Below are positions 14,818-27,600 of a stretch of 64,000 nucleotides of DNA, piece by piece (the stretch's first letter is position 1; each line of letters begins with the position of its first letter). Both the position numbers and the translations under genes were made by a program. Source of the DNA: Squalus acanthias (taxonomy: Eukaryota); assembly GCA_030390025.1 (NCBI GenBank), contig CM059432.1, positions 69,938,001 to 70,002,000 of the forward strand. Direction: 5' to 3'. The notes under the pieces are model-generated. The model had not been told where the DNA came from. It searched no databases and saw nothing but the letters and a program-made list of their open reading frames with translations.

Positions 14818-16022
14818 ATCCCAGTAGATGTGGTGTATTTGGATTTCCAGAAGGCATTCGATAAGGTGTCACATAAAAGGTTACTGCACAAGAGCTCACG
14901 GGGTTGGGGGTAATATATTAGCATGGATAGAGGATTGGCTAACTAACAGAAAACAAAGAGTCGGGATAAATGGGTCATTTTCAGGTTGGCAAACTGTAAC
15001 TAGTGGGGTGCCACAGGGATCAGTGCTGGGGCCTCAACTATTTACAATCTATATTAATGACTTGGATGAAGGGACCATGTGTAATGTAGCCAAATTTGCT
15101 GATGATACAAAGATAGGTGGGAAAGCAAGTTGTGAAGAGGACACAAAGAATCTGCAAAGGGATATAGATAGGCTAAGTGAGTGGGAAAAAATTTGGCAGA
15201 TGGAGTATAATGTGAGAAATGTGAGGTTATCCAATTTGGTAGGAAAAATAAAAAAGCAAATTATTATTTAAATGGAGAGAGATTACAAAATGCTGTGGTA
15301 CAGAGGGAGCTGGGCGTCCTCGTACATGAAACACAAAAAGTTAGCATGCAGGTACAGCAAGTAATTAGGAAGACAAATGGCATGTTAGCCTTTATTGCAA
15401 AGGGGATGGAGTATAAAAGTAGGGAAGTCTTGCTAAAACTGTACAGGGCGCTGGTGAGAGCTGGAGTACTGCGTGCAGTTTTGGTCTCCTTATTTAAGGA
15501 GGGATATACTTGCATTGGAGGCAGTTCAGAGAAGGTTCACTAGATTAATTCCTGAGATGAAGGGGTTGTTTTATGAAGAAAGATTGAACAGTTTGGGCCG
15601 ATACTCATTGGAGTTTAGAAGAATGAGAGGTGATCTTATTGAAACATGTAAGATTCTGAGAGGGCTTGACAGGGTAGATGCAGGGAGGATGTTTCCCCTT
15701 GTGGGGGAATCCAGAACTAGGGGCATAGTTTCAGGATAAGGGGTCGCTCATTTAAAACGGAGATGAGGAAGAACTTTTTCTCTCAAAGAGTCTTGAATCT
15801 TTAGAATTCTCTACCCCAGAGAGCTGTGGAGGCAGAGTCATTGAATATATTCAAGGCAGAGATAGACATATATTTGAGCTACAGGGGAGTCAAGGGTTAT
15901 GGGGAGCGGGTGGGAAAGAAGAGTTGAGGCCAAGATCAGATAAGCCATGATCTTATTGAATGGCGGGGCAGGCTCGAGGGGCCGAATGGCCTACTCCTGC
16001 TCCTATTTCTTATGTTCTTATG
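14818..16022 (+). mobile_element. 5'-truncated CR1 LINE (frameshifted RT plus tail)
   Basis: PQGSVLGP and FADD motifs; tail ttcttatgttcttatgt. Confidence 0.92.
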
Positions 16023-16776
16023 TAGCTCAATGGCATAAATGTAAGATCATTATCCAAAGAATGAAGAAAGAAGTTAGAAGAACTTATTTATGCAGATGTT
16101 GTTAGGTTACCTTATCAGAAACAGTGGTGGAAGCAGAATCTATAATAGCATTTGAAAGAGAAGGAGATAAATATTTGGGAAAGAAAATTCTACAAGAACA
16201 TGGGGAAAGGGCGGTGAAATGAATCGCACTTTCAGAACGTTGGCGTGAGCACCAGGGTCCAAATGGCTTCCTGCAATGGTTATGTGGCTCCAATTAATGA
16301 ACCATGTGAACATGAATCTATTTTATGATAGAATTTGATATAACTTCTCTATTGTTTTATAGCCCCATAATGCGAACAAAGATATCTGTTAGTCTATATG
16401 GAAAAAGAATTAAAACTATAACAGTAACCTGGGACTAATCAGGGTGGACAAAGACAGGCAAGCCTGGGAAGTAGGGTAGGACCCGGTAATGTTGATCGCC
16501 ACCTGAAGAGCAAGCAGTGCAAATTTCCTCTGGGAGTGGGGTGGGCAGTAGCTTCATGCATCCTGGAAGCCTGACATACGGGATAGCCTCATCTGCCAGA
16601 ATTTCCACTGCTTCCATCTCCTTTGCCCTGATGATCTGAAGTTCAAAAGTACTTCATTGGCTGAAGATTCTTGCGTTCAGTTGGGTGGAATGACCTGAGT
16701 GGGGCCCACAGTAGGTTTCCAGGCTAGGGTTATAGCTTGAGTTAATCAAGAAGATAAATTTCTTTCCAAGTGAAAT

Positions 16777-17500
16777 AAGAACATAAGAAATAGGAGCAGG
16801 AGTAGGCCATTCGGCCCTTCGGGCCTGCTCCACCATTCAATAAGATCATCGCTGATCTTTTACCTCAACACCACCTTCCTGCACTATCCACATATCCCTT
16901 GATTCCCTTAGTATCCAAAAATCTATCGATCTCTGTCTTGAATATACTCAATGATTGAGCATTCTCAGCGCTTTGGGGTAGAGAATTCCAAAGATTCACA
17001 ACCCTTTGAGTGAAGAAATTTCTCCTCACCTCAGTCCTAAATGGCTGACCCCTTATTCTGAGACTGCGGCCCCTAGTTCTAGACTCCCCAGTCAGGGGAA
17101 ACATCTTCTCGCCATCTACCCTGTCAAGCCCCTTAAGAGTTTTATATGTTTCAATGAGATCGCCTCTCATTCTTCTAAACTCACAGCTTACTTTCCCACC
17201 TAACTTTGTATCGCCAGAAAACTTGGATACATTACACTCGGTCCCCTCATCTAAGCCATTGATATTGATTGTAAATAGCTGAGGTCCAAGCACTGATCCT
17301 TGTGGCACCCCACTAATTATAGCCTGCCAACCCTAAAATAACCTGTTTATTCCTACTCTCCATTTTCTGTCCATTAATCCATGCTAGTATATTACCCCCA
17401 ATTCCATGAGCCCTAATTTTGTGTAATAACCTAATACACTACATCCACTTATCCCCTTATCTACCCTGCTAGTTACAACCTCAAAAAACTCGCTAACAGA
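16777..17500 (-). mobile_element. CR1 3' fragment with internal deletions
   Basis: Minus-strand RT pieces (PQGSVLGP fused to RRMRGDLIE) and a CR1 tail at 16777. Confidence 0.88.
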
Positions 17501-17542
17501 CTTGTCAGCCCTCTTATAAAGGGGGTCAATTTCAAACATAGT

Positions 17543-18745
17543 CAACAACAACAACTTGCATTTATATAGCGTCTTTAACATAGTAAAATATCCCAAGGCG
17601 CTTCACAGGAGCGTTATCAGACAAAATTTGACACCTAGCTACATAAAGAAATATTAGGACAGGTGACCAAAAGCTTGGTTAAAGAAGTAAGTTTAAAGAT
17701 AACTTAAAGGAGGAGAGATGACAGAGAGCTTTAGGGAGGAAATTCCAGAGTTTAGGGTCTAGGCAGCTGAAGGCACGGCCACCAATAGTGGAGCGAAGAA
17801 AATCTGGGATACGCAAGAGGCCAAAATTGGAGCACAGAAATCTCGGAGGGTTGTCGGGCTGGAGGATGTTGCAGAGATAGGAAGGGGCAAAGCCATGAAT
17901 GGATTTGAAAACAAGGATGAGAATTATAAAATCGTGGCATAGCTGGACCGGGAGCAATGTAAATGAGCAACCCCAGGGGTTATGGCTGAGCAGGACTGGG
18001 GCAAATTAGGATACAGCCAGCAGAGTTTTGGATGAGCTCAAATTTACAGAGTGTGGTAGGTGGGAGGCTGGCCAGGACAGCATTCGAATAGTCAAGTCTA
18101 GAGGTAACAAAGGCATGGATGAGGGTTTCAGCAGCAGATGGGCTGAGGCAGGGGCGGAGATGGGCGATGTTACAGAGGTAGAAGTAGGCGGTGCTCGTGA
18201 TGAAGAGGATTTAAAAATTCTCATCCTTGTTTTCAAATCCCTCTTTGCCCTCGTCTCTCTCTTTCCCTGTAACCTTCTCTAGCCCTACAACCCTCTGAGA
18301 TCTCTGAGCTCCTTCAATTCTGGCCTCTCGCGCATCCCTGATTTTCTTTGCTCCACCATTGGCGGCTGTGCCTTCAGCTGCCTAGGCCCTAAATGCTGAA
18401 ATTCCCTCCCTAAACTTCTCTACCGCTCTACCTCTCTCTCCTCCTTTAAGAAGCTCCTTAAAATCTACTTCTTTGACCAAGCTTTTGGTCACCTATCCTA
18501 ATATCTCCTTATGTGGCTTAGTGTCAAATTTAATCGCTCTTGTGAAATGCCTTGGGACACTTTACTAGGCTAAAGGCATTATATAAATGCAAGTTGTTGT
18601 TGCTGATATGGGCTTAGAAGCTCAGCTTAAGGTCAACTAGGCTGCCGAGGTTGCGAACAGTCTGGTTCATCCTCAGACAGTGACCAGTGAGAGGGACAAA
18701 GTCGATGGCTAGGGAACAAGGTTTGTGGCAGGGGACCGAAGACAC
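17543..18745 (-). mobile_element. L2-type LINE 3' region (-) interrupted by an oppositely oriented L2 3' end (+, about 18208-18603)
   Basis: Tail TATATAAATGCAAGTTGTTGTTG at 17543 (-) and at about 18580 (+); L2 ORF2 C-terminal motifs (KILILVFKSLHG, GGRAFS). Confidence 0.82.
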
Positions 18746-20324
18746 GGACTGCTGACACGCTATCACCCATTTTACACTATCGCACAAAGTCAAGATCTAC
18801 CCTTGTATCTAGCTACATCTTATTGTTACGCTACCTAACTTTTTTTTTAATGAGTTTGTTCCACAAAAGAGCAATCACATGCTAATCCTACAGTAGAAAA
18901 TATTTGCTGTGCTCTAATGGGAATTGATTTAAGATGCTTGTTCAAGTGAATCAACTAACATTGTCATGATGTGTCACAATTCTGACATTACAGGTTAGAT
19001 TTCCCTCTGATGGGTGGTTTATTTGTGAGGCCCACGCATGTGGTACCACCAGGAACTCACAATATTTTCCTGCAGGGGACCTCATTGTATTCACAGCAGT
19101 AGAAGTTTACAGCAGTATTCACAATCCTGACTGGTTTACTATTGGGAGGGAGAACAATATGGGTTAGCTGTAGCATGTAAAAGACTGAGACTGATTAAAG
19201 GACGTGAAGCACTTAAATTGGAGGAAAAGAGAGAGCATAAACTGGCTTGCAATGGTAGTGGTAAGAGCCCCCAAATTTTCAGACTAATATGTGTAGGTGT
19301 TATTGGCAGACATAAGAGCAAGTAAGGATTAGCTCTTTGCTACTCCTGATTGGAAGCTTCACAAGTGGGTGATGCAGGCACAGGCAGTCAGTGCCACCTT
19401 AACCACCCTACAAATGGCAAGACAGTGCTGGAAACCGTTTAATGACCTCTCAAGGTTGGCCAAAGTAAATCAGTCATGAATACCCATGTATGTCCTGAGG
19501 AACTGCTAGACATATGATGCACTAACAGACCCACATGCTCTGACAGTGTAACTTACTAGATGGATGAATATTCACAATGCACTTGATATTCCACACACAC
19601 TTCCCTATACCACCATTCCATTGTGCCTTATCCCATTCCCTGAGGTGGTAAAGTTAAGAGAAAAAATCAACAAAAGTTAAAAAAAAGGTTTTGTAACTCA
19701 AGAAGAGTTTCTTTGAAACTCACTGTAGATGGCTAGATAACTCTTCAGAGCAGTTCCTGAGCCTAAACAATGAAAAATCAATGTCCAAATAAATCTCCGC
19801 AAACATGCAATAAAATTCTTCGATAGTGGCCTATATGTAGTATCCGTCTATGGGATAGCACTTTGCTGCTCCTACTGCCACTTTTTCCCATGGTCAGGTT
19901 AGGGTCACTATTTGTGGGAAATTGTGGAGAGTACTTGGCCATGCCCACCAATCCCCATTTACATGCGGCAGGGAAAGTTTAGGGCAGTTCATAAATGTGA
20001 CTTTCATTTCCTAGGAGTAAAATTATGGTGGCAATTATTGGAACACGATTGCGTAGTAAGATACACCACCCTACTTGTCTCTTTTCAACACCCCAAACCA
20101 CCTAAAAACAGGCAGCTTTGCAAATGAAAATCCACCCTACATTATTAAATTACATTTTAGTTACATAGAAGAAAGCTAGGTCTGGGGAAAATATTGAAAA
20201 TGAAATATTATTACAGCATTGTATAACAATAATGCCTGTAGTATTAACAAATACAATTTAATTGATCTATATTTTAGTGTTGTTGGTACAATGTTCCGAC
20301 TTCTTTGATAATTTTTTTTTACAG

Positions 20325-20473
20325 TTCTGACATATCAGATAAAAATGTACTGCAGTGACTTTTTGGACATAGAACATCCTGCTACTGTTTCTTTGTGTTT
20401 GTATGGGGGCAATGGTGATACAGGAGACAGAAGCCTTCTCAAACCTTTGCACAAAGAAACAGGAGATAGACAG
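20325..20473 (+). CDS. Host gene exon: N-terminal part of a divergent PLAT/LH2 domain (upstream exons not found)
   Basis: Acceptor tttttttttacag, donor CAG|gtactt. The 149 nt (phase 1 to 0) translate LTYQIKMYCSDFLDIEHPATVSLCLYGGNGDTGDRSLLKPLHKETGDRQ, with the PLAT-like V-x-L-x-LYG-x-x-GDTG motif. Confidence 0.85.
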
Positions 20474-20571
20474 GTACTTGATGCACTTTAAAAACAATTA
20501 TATAATAGCTGTTCTTATTATGTCATGATACATTTTCGCTTAAGATATTGATGTTGCGTGTTCTTTTTCAG

Positions 20572-20647
20572 TCCTATTTGTTTGAAATTAGTGCTGTGCA
20601 GCTGGGAGGACTACACACCCTTGAGTTGTATATCAGCAGCATAAAGA
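20572..20647 (+). CDS. Host gene exon, PLAT domain 1 middle
   Basis: Acceptor ttctttttcag, donor gtaagt. The 76 nt (phase 0 to 1) read SYLFEISAVQLGGLHTLELYISSIK, in frame with the previous exon across a 98-nt intron. Confidence 0.85.
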
Positions 20648-21292
20648 GTAAGTTTTGTTTTTGTCAACATAGAAGAACAATATATTTCTTAATCGTTTTC
20701 ATATTGCCCTAATTTCTTTCACCCACAAATTAACCTTCAAACTTTTGTTGCTCTCTATAGTCAGGTGAGAATGATTTTCACATATCTCCACAAACTGAGT
20801 GAATGTATTTTTTTGATTGTCGTGTCAGGAGGTACACGTAAGCAGTGTTTGTCTTCTCTCTGGCCAGTTTTCCCTCTGAGAGGTCCTGCTGAGAGAGTTT
20901 GAGCAGCTAGCGACTAAATTAAAAAGCAGAACCACAAAGGTCATAATCTCTGGATTATTACTGGAGCCATGAGCAAATTGGCATAGGTCAATAGGATCAG
21001 GGAGATGAATGCGTGGCTCAAAGATTGGTGTGGGCGAAGTGGGTTTCGATTCGTGGTGCACTGGCACCAGTACTGGGGAAAGAGAGAGCTGTTTCGTTGG
21101 GACGGACTACACCTGAACCATGCTGGGACCAGAGTTCTAGCAAATCGAATAACTAGGGAGGTAGATAGGGCTTTAAACTAAATAAGGCGGGGGAGGGTCC
21201 TGGTGAAGAGAAATCTAGAATGCTAAAGAGAAAAGACAAGGAAGCAGTGCAGGAAAGTGATTTGGGTAAGGATAACCAGATTGTGTCAGGAA

Positions 21293-21517
21293 GGACAAAA
21301 ATGAGAAGTCGCACAACACCAGGTTATAGTCCAACAGTTTTATTTAAAATTACGAGCTTTCGGAGCTGTTGCCCCTTCATCAGGTAAAGGTACCTTTACC
21401 TGACGAAGGGGCAACAGCTCCGAAAGCTCGTAATTTTAAATAAAACTGTTGGACTATAACCTGGTGTTGTGCGACTTCTCATTTTTGTCCACCCCAGTCC
21501 AACACCGGCATCTCCGC
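21293..21517. mobile_element. Penelope-like retroelement end (pLTR) inserted as an inverted, 5'-truncated pair within a CR1
   Basis: 198-bp palindrome plus a 27-bp unique tail, flanked by a direct repeat ATTGTGTCAGGAAGG (21280-94; 21518-32). Contains a hammerhead core. Inverted terminal structures are typical of Penelope elements. Confidence 0.8.
21396..21433 (+). ncRNA. Minimal type I hammerhead ribozyme motif (mirror copy on - strand at 21350-21387)
   Basis: TTAC-CTGACGA-A-GGGGC(AACA)GCTCC-GAA-AGCT-C-GTAA: stem I TTAC/GTAA, CUGANGA core, 5-bp stem II, GAAA, palindromic AGCT stem III, CUC triplet. Confidence 0.7.
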
Positions 21518-24500
21518 ATTGTGTCAGGAAGGGACAGAGCGTACAAACAAAAGAGTGCAATAACAAATAGGGTCCAGGTAAGAAAAAATGGTAATAAGAC
21601 AAATAGGGCCATAGTACAAAAAAATGTTAAGATGTCTAAAACTGTTAAAAAGACAAATCTAAAGGCACTGTATCTGAATGCACGAAGCATTCGTAATAAG
21701 GTAGACGAATTAACAGCGCAAATTGATGCAAACGGATACGTTATAATTGCAATTACGGAGACATGGCTGCAGGGTGACCAAGGCTGGGAGCTGAATATCT
21801 AAGGATATTCGATATTTCTGAAGGACAGGCAAAAAGGAAAAGGAGGTGGGGTGGCGTTATTAGTAAAGGATGAAATCAGAACAATAGTGAGAAACGATAT
21901 TGGCTCAGAAAATAAAGATGTAGAATCAGTCTGGGTGGAGCTAAGAAGCACCAAGGGGCAGAAAACATTGGTGGGAGTTGTCTATAGGCCTCCAAAGATT
22001 AGTGGTAATGTAGGGGATGGCATCAAACAGGAAATTAGAGATGCATATAACAAGGGTACTACAGTAATCATGGGTGACTTTAATCTACATATAGACTGGC
22101 CAAACCAAATTAGCCATAATACTGTGGAGGATGAATTGCTGGAGTGTGTACGAGATGGTTTTTTAGACCAGTACATTCAGGAGCCAACTAGGGAACATGT
22201 CATCCTAGATTGGGTACTGTGCAATGAGAAGGGGTTAATTAATAATCTTGTTGTGCAGGGTCCTTTAGGGAAGAGTGACCATAACATGATAGAATTCTTC
22301 ATCAAGATGGAAAGTGAAGAAGTCCAATCCGAAACTAGGGTCCTAAATCTAAACAAAGGAAATTACGATGGTATGAGGAGTGAGTTGGCTATGATAGATT
22401 GGGGAGCTTCATTAAAAGGCATGGCGGTGGATAGGCAATGGCTAACATTTAATGAACGAATGCATGAATTGCAACAGTTATACATTCCTTTCTGGTGCAA
22501 AAACACAAAAGGAAAAGCGGCCCAACCATGGCTACCAAAAGAAATTAAGGAGAGTATTAGATCCAAAGAGGAGTCATATAAAGTTGCCAGAAAAAGTAGC
22601 AAGCCTGAGGATTGGGAGCAGTCAAATAAATACTTTGGTTCTCTCTTCACGGAAGAGGACACAAATAACTTCCCAGAAATGCTAGGGAACCAAGGGTCTA
22701 GTGAGAAGGAGGAATTAAAGGAAATTAGTATTAGTAAAATAATAGTGCTGGAGAAATTAATGGGACTGAAAGCCGATAAATCCCCAGGGCCTGATAATCT
22801 GCATCCCAGAGTACTAAAAGAGGTAGCCATGGAAATAGTGGATGCATTGGTTGTCATCTTCCAAAATTCTATAGATTATGGAACAGTTCCTGCAGATTGA
22901 AGGGTGGCAAATGTAACCCCACTATTTAAAAAAGGAGGGAGAGAGAAAACAGGGAACTACAAACCGGTTAGCCTAACATCAGCAGTAGAGAAAATGCTAG
23001 AGTCTATTATAAAGGATGTGATAACAGGACACTTAGAAAATATCAATAGGATTAGACAAAGTCAACATGGATTTATGAAAGGGAAATCGTGTTTGACAAA
23101 CCCATTAGAGTTTTTTGAGGATGCAACTGGTGGAATAGATAAGGGAGAACCAGTGGATGTGGTGTATTTGGATTTTCAGAAGGCCTTTGATAAAGTCCCA
23201 CATAAGAGGTTAGTGTGCAAAATTAAAGCACATGGGATTGGGGGTAATATACTGGCATGGATTGAAAATTGGTTAACAGACAAGAAACAAAGAGTAGGAA
23301 TAAATGGGTCTTTTTCGAGGTGGCAGGCGGTGACTAGTGGGGTACCGCAGGAATCAGTGCTTGGGCCCCAGCTATTCACAATATATATCAATGATTTGGA
23401 TGAGGGAACCAAATGTAATATTTCCAAGTTTGCTGATGACACAAAACTAGGTGGGATTGTGAGTTGTGAGGAGGATGCAAAGAGGCTTCAAGGCGATTTA
23501 GACAAGTTGAGTGAGTGGGCAAATACATGGCAGATGCAGTATAACGTGGATAAATGTGAAGTTATCCACTTCGGTAGGAAAAACAGAAAGGCAGCATATT
23601 ATTTAAATGGTGATAGATTGGGAAATGTTGATGTACAAAGGGACCTGCGTGTCCTTGTACACCAGTTACTGAAAGCAAACATGCAGGTGCAGCAAGCAGT
23701 TTGGAAGGCAAATGGCATGTTGGCCTTCATTGCAAGAGGATTTGAGTACAGGAGCAAGGATGTCTTACTACAGTTATACAGGGCCTTGGTGAGACCACAC
23801 CTGGAGTACTGTGTGCAGTTTTGGTCTCCTTACCTAAGAAAGGATATACTTGCCAAAGAGGGAGTGCAGCGAAGGTTCACCAGACTGATTCCTGGGATGG
23901 CAGGACTGTCGTATGAGGAGAGATTAGGTCGACTAGGCCTGTATTCACTAGAGTTTAGAAGAATGAGAGGGGATCTCATTGAAAAGTATAAAATTCTGAC
24001 AGGGCTAGACAGACTGGATGCAGGGAGGATGTTTCCCCTGGCTGGGGGGTCTAGAACGAGGGGTCACAGTCTCAGGATACGGGGTAGGTCATTTAGGACT
24101 GAGATGAGGAGAAATTTCTTCACTCAGAGGGTGGTGAACCTGTGGAATTCTCTACCACAGAAGGCTGTGGAGGCCAAGCCACTGAATATATTTAAGAAAG
24201 AGATAGATAGATTTCTAGACACAAAAGGCATCAAGGGGTATTGGGGAGAGAGCGGGAATATGGTTTTGAGATAGAGGATCAGCCATGATCATATTGAATG
24301 GCGGAGCAGGCTCGAAGGGCCGAATGGCCTACTCCTGCTCCTATTTTTCTATGTTTCTATTCTCTCAGGTGGCCTAGCCAAAACTGGTGAATTTGACACA
24401 AACAGGAGACTCAAGTGAATGTCAGCTGAGCTTTGGTTTTGTTTCAAGGTCCAATTCTCCCACAGTAAGGTCAGATTTTATGTACCAGTCTAATTCAATC

Positions 24501-25741
24501 CTGAATGATTAAGAGCTGATTCAAATCTAGCCAGAATGGCAATTTTACTGAGTCAGCTTATTTACACAATTCTTCACAGCTCCAAGTGCTGATTTGGACA
24601 TCTACAGTGTGGTAGTCCGCTATTGTGATGGAAAATTGCAATTCAGGTGAAATAGAAAGGGATACAGACAATTAAAAAGAAATGACAGAATGAGGGTCAA
24701 AAACCCTTGCAGCCTCTGGAATGTCTCATAAAACATTTCAACCCTGTGACAGACTTTACCAAGGTTGCGAGGAGAGAGAGCGAAGAAGTGACAGCCAAAA
24801 ATAAAGGGGAACAAAACCAAATCTGGAGGCACATTAAGTGCGTGCAAGTAATAGAGCAGCACAGCACCCAACACACTGTTTGATTGCTGCTGAACTAGAG
24901 ATGCTACTGCATGAGGTAATTTCAAGGAGGTAGTCCTTTTTGCCACTGCATAGTACGATCCCCATCGGTCAGATCTCAGTGTGCCTACAAGGAGGTGGAG
25001 CCCATGAAGACAATTCCCCATGGTCATTGCCAGGTCGTTGTGCCAGGATCTGCTGATAGGCTAGGTGGCATCTTATTGGGTGAAGCCAATCAGTCTGTGG
25101 TGGCTCTTTGATCATCCGACCATGTCTCTTTCGTGCATAGTGTGATTGAGATGCTTCCAAAGAACCATCCACCATGACAGTTGGGCAGACCTTCATTTAT
25201 CATTTATGTACCATCGCATCCACTGTCATGACCTCCCTTGGAAATTGGAGTCTCCACAAGCACAAATCCTCTGCCAAAGCAAGGTATGTGCACCTGTCTG
25301 TGGATGTGGGTGTGAGGAAACCAGCAGATGGGTATAAGAAACCTGTGGGTCGGCCCTGATCCACCTGGCACCATTTGTTGATCCTCCTTTTCTTCCTCTA
25401 AAAAAGCTGAGATATTCAGATTCCCTTTGGGAAACCCAATGGTATCATTAATGGAGCTGTACAAAAAAAAACAATAATAAGCAGAGCAATCCTTAGGGTG
25501 GATGCAGGAAAAAAAATGTAGAAACTAGTGCAGAAATGTCTTTTAAACTATTCGAAGGCATAGAAAATCGATAAGGCCCAAAAACGGGCGGTGGCACTGC
25601 GGGGCGAGATTTCCTCGCACACATTTAAAACTTGCAGGCAGCACGTTATTTTGGTGCTGCCTGCTAATTTGAATGATTACAGCGCACAGCCCAGCGATGA
25701 ACGCGCTGTTGCTTCAGGCTGTGCGCTCAGCAGGAGGCCCA

Positions 25742-27600
25742 ATAAAAAAGAATTTTTACAATTATATTAGGAAAAAGAGGGTAGCCAGGAGCAATGTTGG
25801 CCCCTTAAAAACTGATATCGGTGATATTGTCAATGATAATAAGGAAATGGAAGACATGTTACATAATTACTTTGCGTCAGTATTTACAGTAGATGAAGAG
25901 GATAGCATGCCAGAAATCCTAAGGAAACTAATATTGAATCAGAGCTAGGGACTCAATAAAATTAATGTAAGTAAAATAATAGTAATGAAGAAAATAATGG
26001 CACTAAAGAGTGACAAATCCCCAGGACCAGATGGTTTCCATCCCAAGGTTTTAAAGGAAGTAGGTGAGCACATTGCAGATGCTCTAACTATAATCTTCCA
26101 AAGTTCTCTCAATTCAGGAACTGTTCCTTTAGATTGGAAAATTGTGCATGTCACTCTGCTATTTAAGAATGGCAAGAGAGGGAATCCAGGGAATTATAGA
26201 CCAGTTAGCCTAACATCTGTTGTCAGGAAATTACTAGAGCCCATAATTAAGAATAGGGTGACTGAACACCTCAAATATTTCAGTTGATCAGAGAGCGCCA
26301 GCATGGTTTTGTGAAAGGTAGGTCATGTGTGACAAACCTGATTGAATTTTTTGAGGTGGTGATTAAAGTAGTGGACAGGGGAATGTCTATGGATGTTATG
26401 TATATAGACTTCCAGAAGGCATTTGATAAAGTCTCACATAAGAGACTGTTAACTAAGGTAGAAGCCCATGGAATTGAAGGCAAACTATTGACCTGGTTAG
26501 GAAATTGGCTGAGCGGCAGGAGACAGAGAGTAGGGATAATGGGTAGGTGCTCAAATTGGTAGGTACTCAAATTGGTGGGATGTGACTAGTGGTATCTCGC
26601 AGGGATCTGTGTTGGGGCCTCAACTATTCACAGTATTTATTAACAACTTAGATGATGGCATAGAAAGCCATATATCCAAATTTGCCGACGTCACAAAGAT
26701 AGGTGGCAGTGTAGACAGTGTAGATGAAAGCATAAAATTACAAAGGGATATCGATAGATTAAGTGAATGGGCAAAACTGTGGCAAATAGATTTCAATGTA
26801 GACAAATGTGAGGTCATCCACTTTGGACCTGAAAAGGATAGACCAGGGTACTTTCTAAATGGTGAAAAGCTAAAAACAGTGGAGGTCCAAAGAGACTTGG
26901 GGGTCCAGGTACATAGATCATTAAAATGTCATGAACAGGTACAGAAAATAATCAAAAAGGCTAATGGAATGCTGGCCTTTATATCTAGAGGACTAGAATA
27001 CAAGGGGGTAGAAGTCATGCTGCAGCTGTACAAAACCCTGGTTAGACCACACCTGGAGTACTGTGAGCAGTTCTGGGCACCCCACCTTAGGAAGGATATA
27101 TTGGCCTTGGAGGGAGTGCAGTGTAGGTTTACCAGGATGACACCCGGACTCCAAGGGTTAAATTACGAGGAGAGATTACACAAATTAGGGTTGTATTCCC
27201 TAGAATTTAGAAGGTTAAGGGGTGATCTGATCGAAGTTTCAAGCTATTAAGGGAAACAGATAGGATGAATAGAGAGAAACTATTTCCGCTAGTTGGGGAT
27301 TCTAGGACTAGGGGGCATAGTCTAAAAATTAGAGCCAGACCTTTCAGGAGTGAAATTAGGAAACACCTCTACACACAAAGGGTGGTAGAAGTTTGGAACT
27401 CTCTTCCGCAAACACCAATTGATGCTAGATTAATTGTTAATTTTAAATCTGAGATTGATAGATTTTTGTTAACCAAAGGTATTAAAGGATATGGGTCAAA
27501 GGCTGGTATATGGAGTTCGGTCGCAGATCAGCCATGATCTAATTGAATGGCAGAACAGGCTCGAGGGGCTCAATGGCCTACTCCTGTTCCTATGTTCCTA
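25742..27600 (+). mobile_element. 5'-truncated CR1 LINE of another subfamily, nested in Harbinger copy 2
   Basis: RT motifs; 16-bp tandem duplication at 26542-26573 causing a frameshift; tail ttcctatgttccta. Confidence 0.92.

Larger units (their letters stand above)
20878..24360 (+). mobile_element. Near full-length CR1: ORF1 SGNH-esterase 3' end plus ORF2 endonuclease/RT, inactivated
   Basis: ORF1 ...LFRWDGLHLNHAG... ends at 21181. ORF2 has LYLNARSI, ITETW, GDFN, SDH and FADD. Stops at 21800 and 22898 and a deletion near 22621. Confidence 0.93.

Noticed and set aside
18994..19080. Candidate exon with a GWF...YFP pattern
   Set aside because: Weak acceptor, no suitable donor, and a phase unlike the other PLAT exons.
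21630..24274. Active CR1 ORF2
   Set aside because: Two in-frame stops, an internal deletion, and a PQES change in the PQGS motif.
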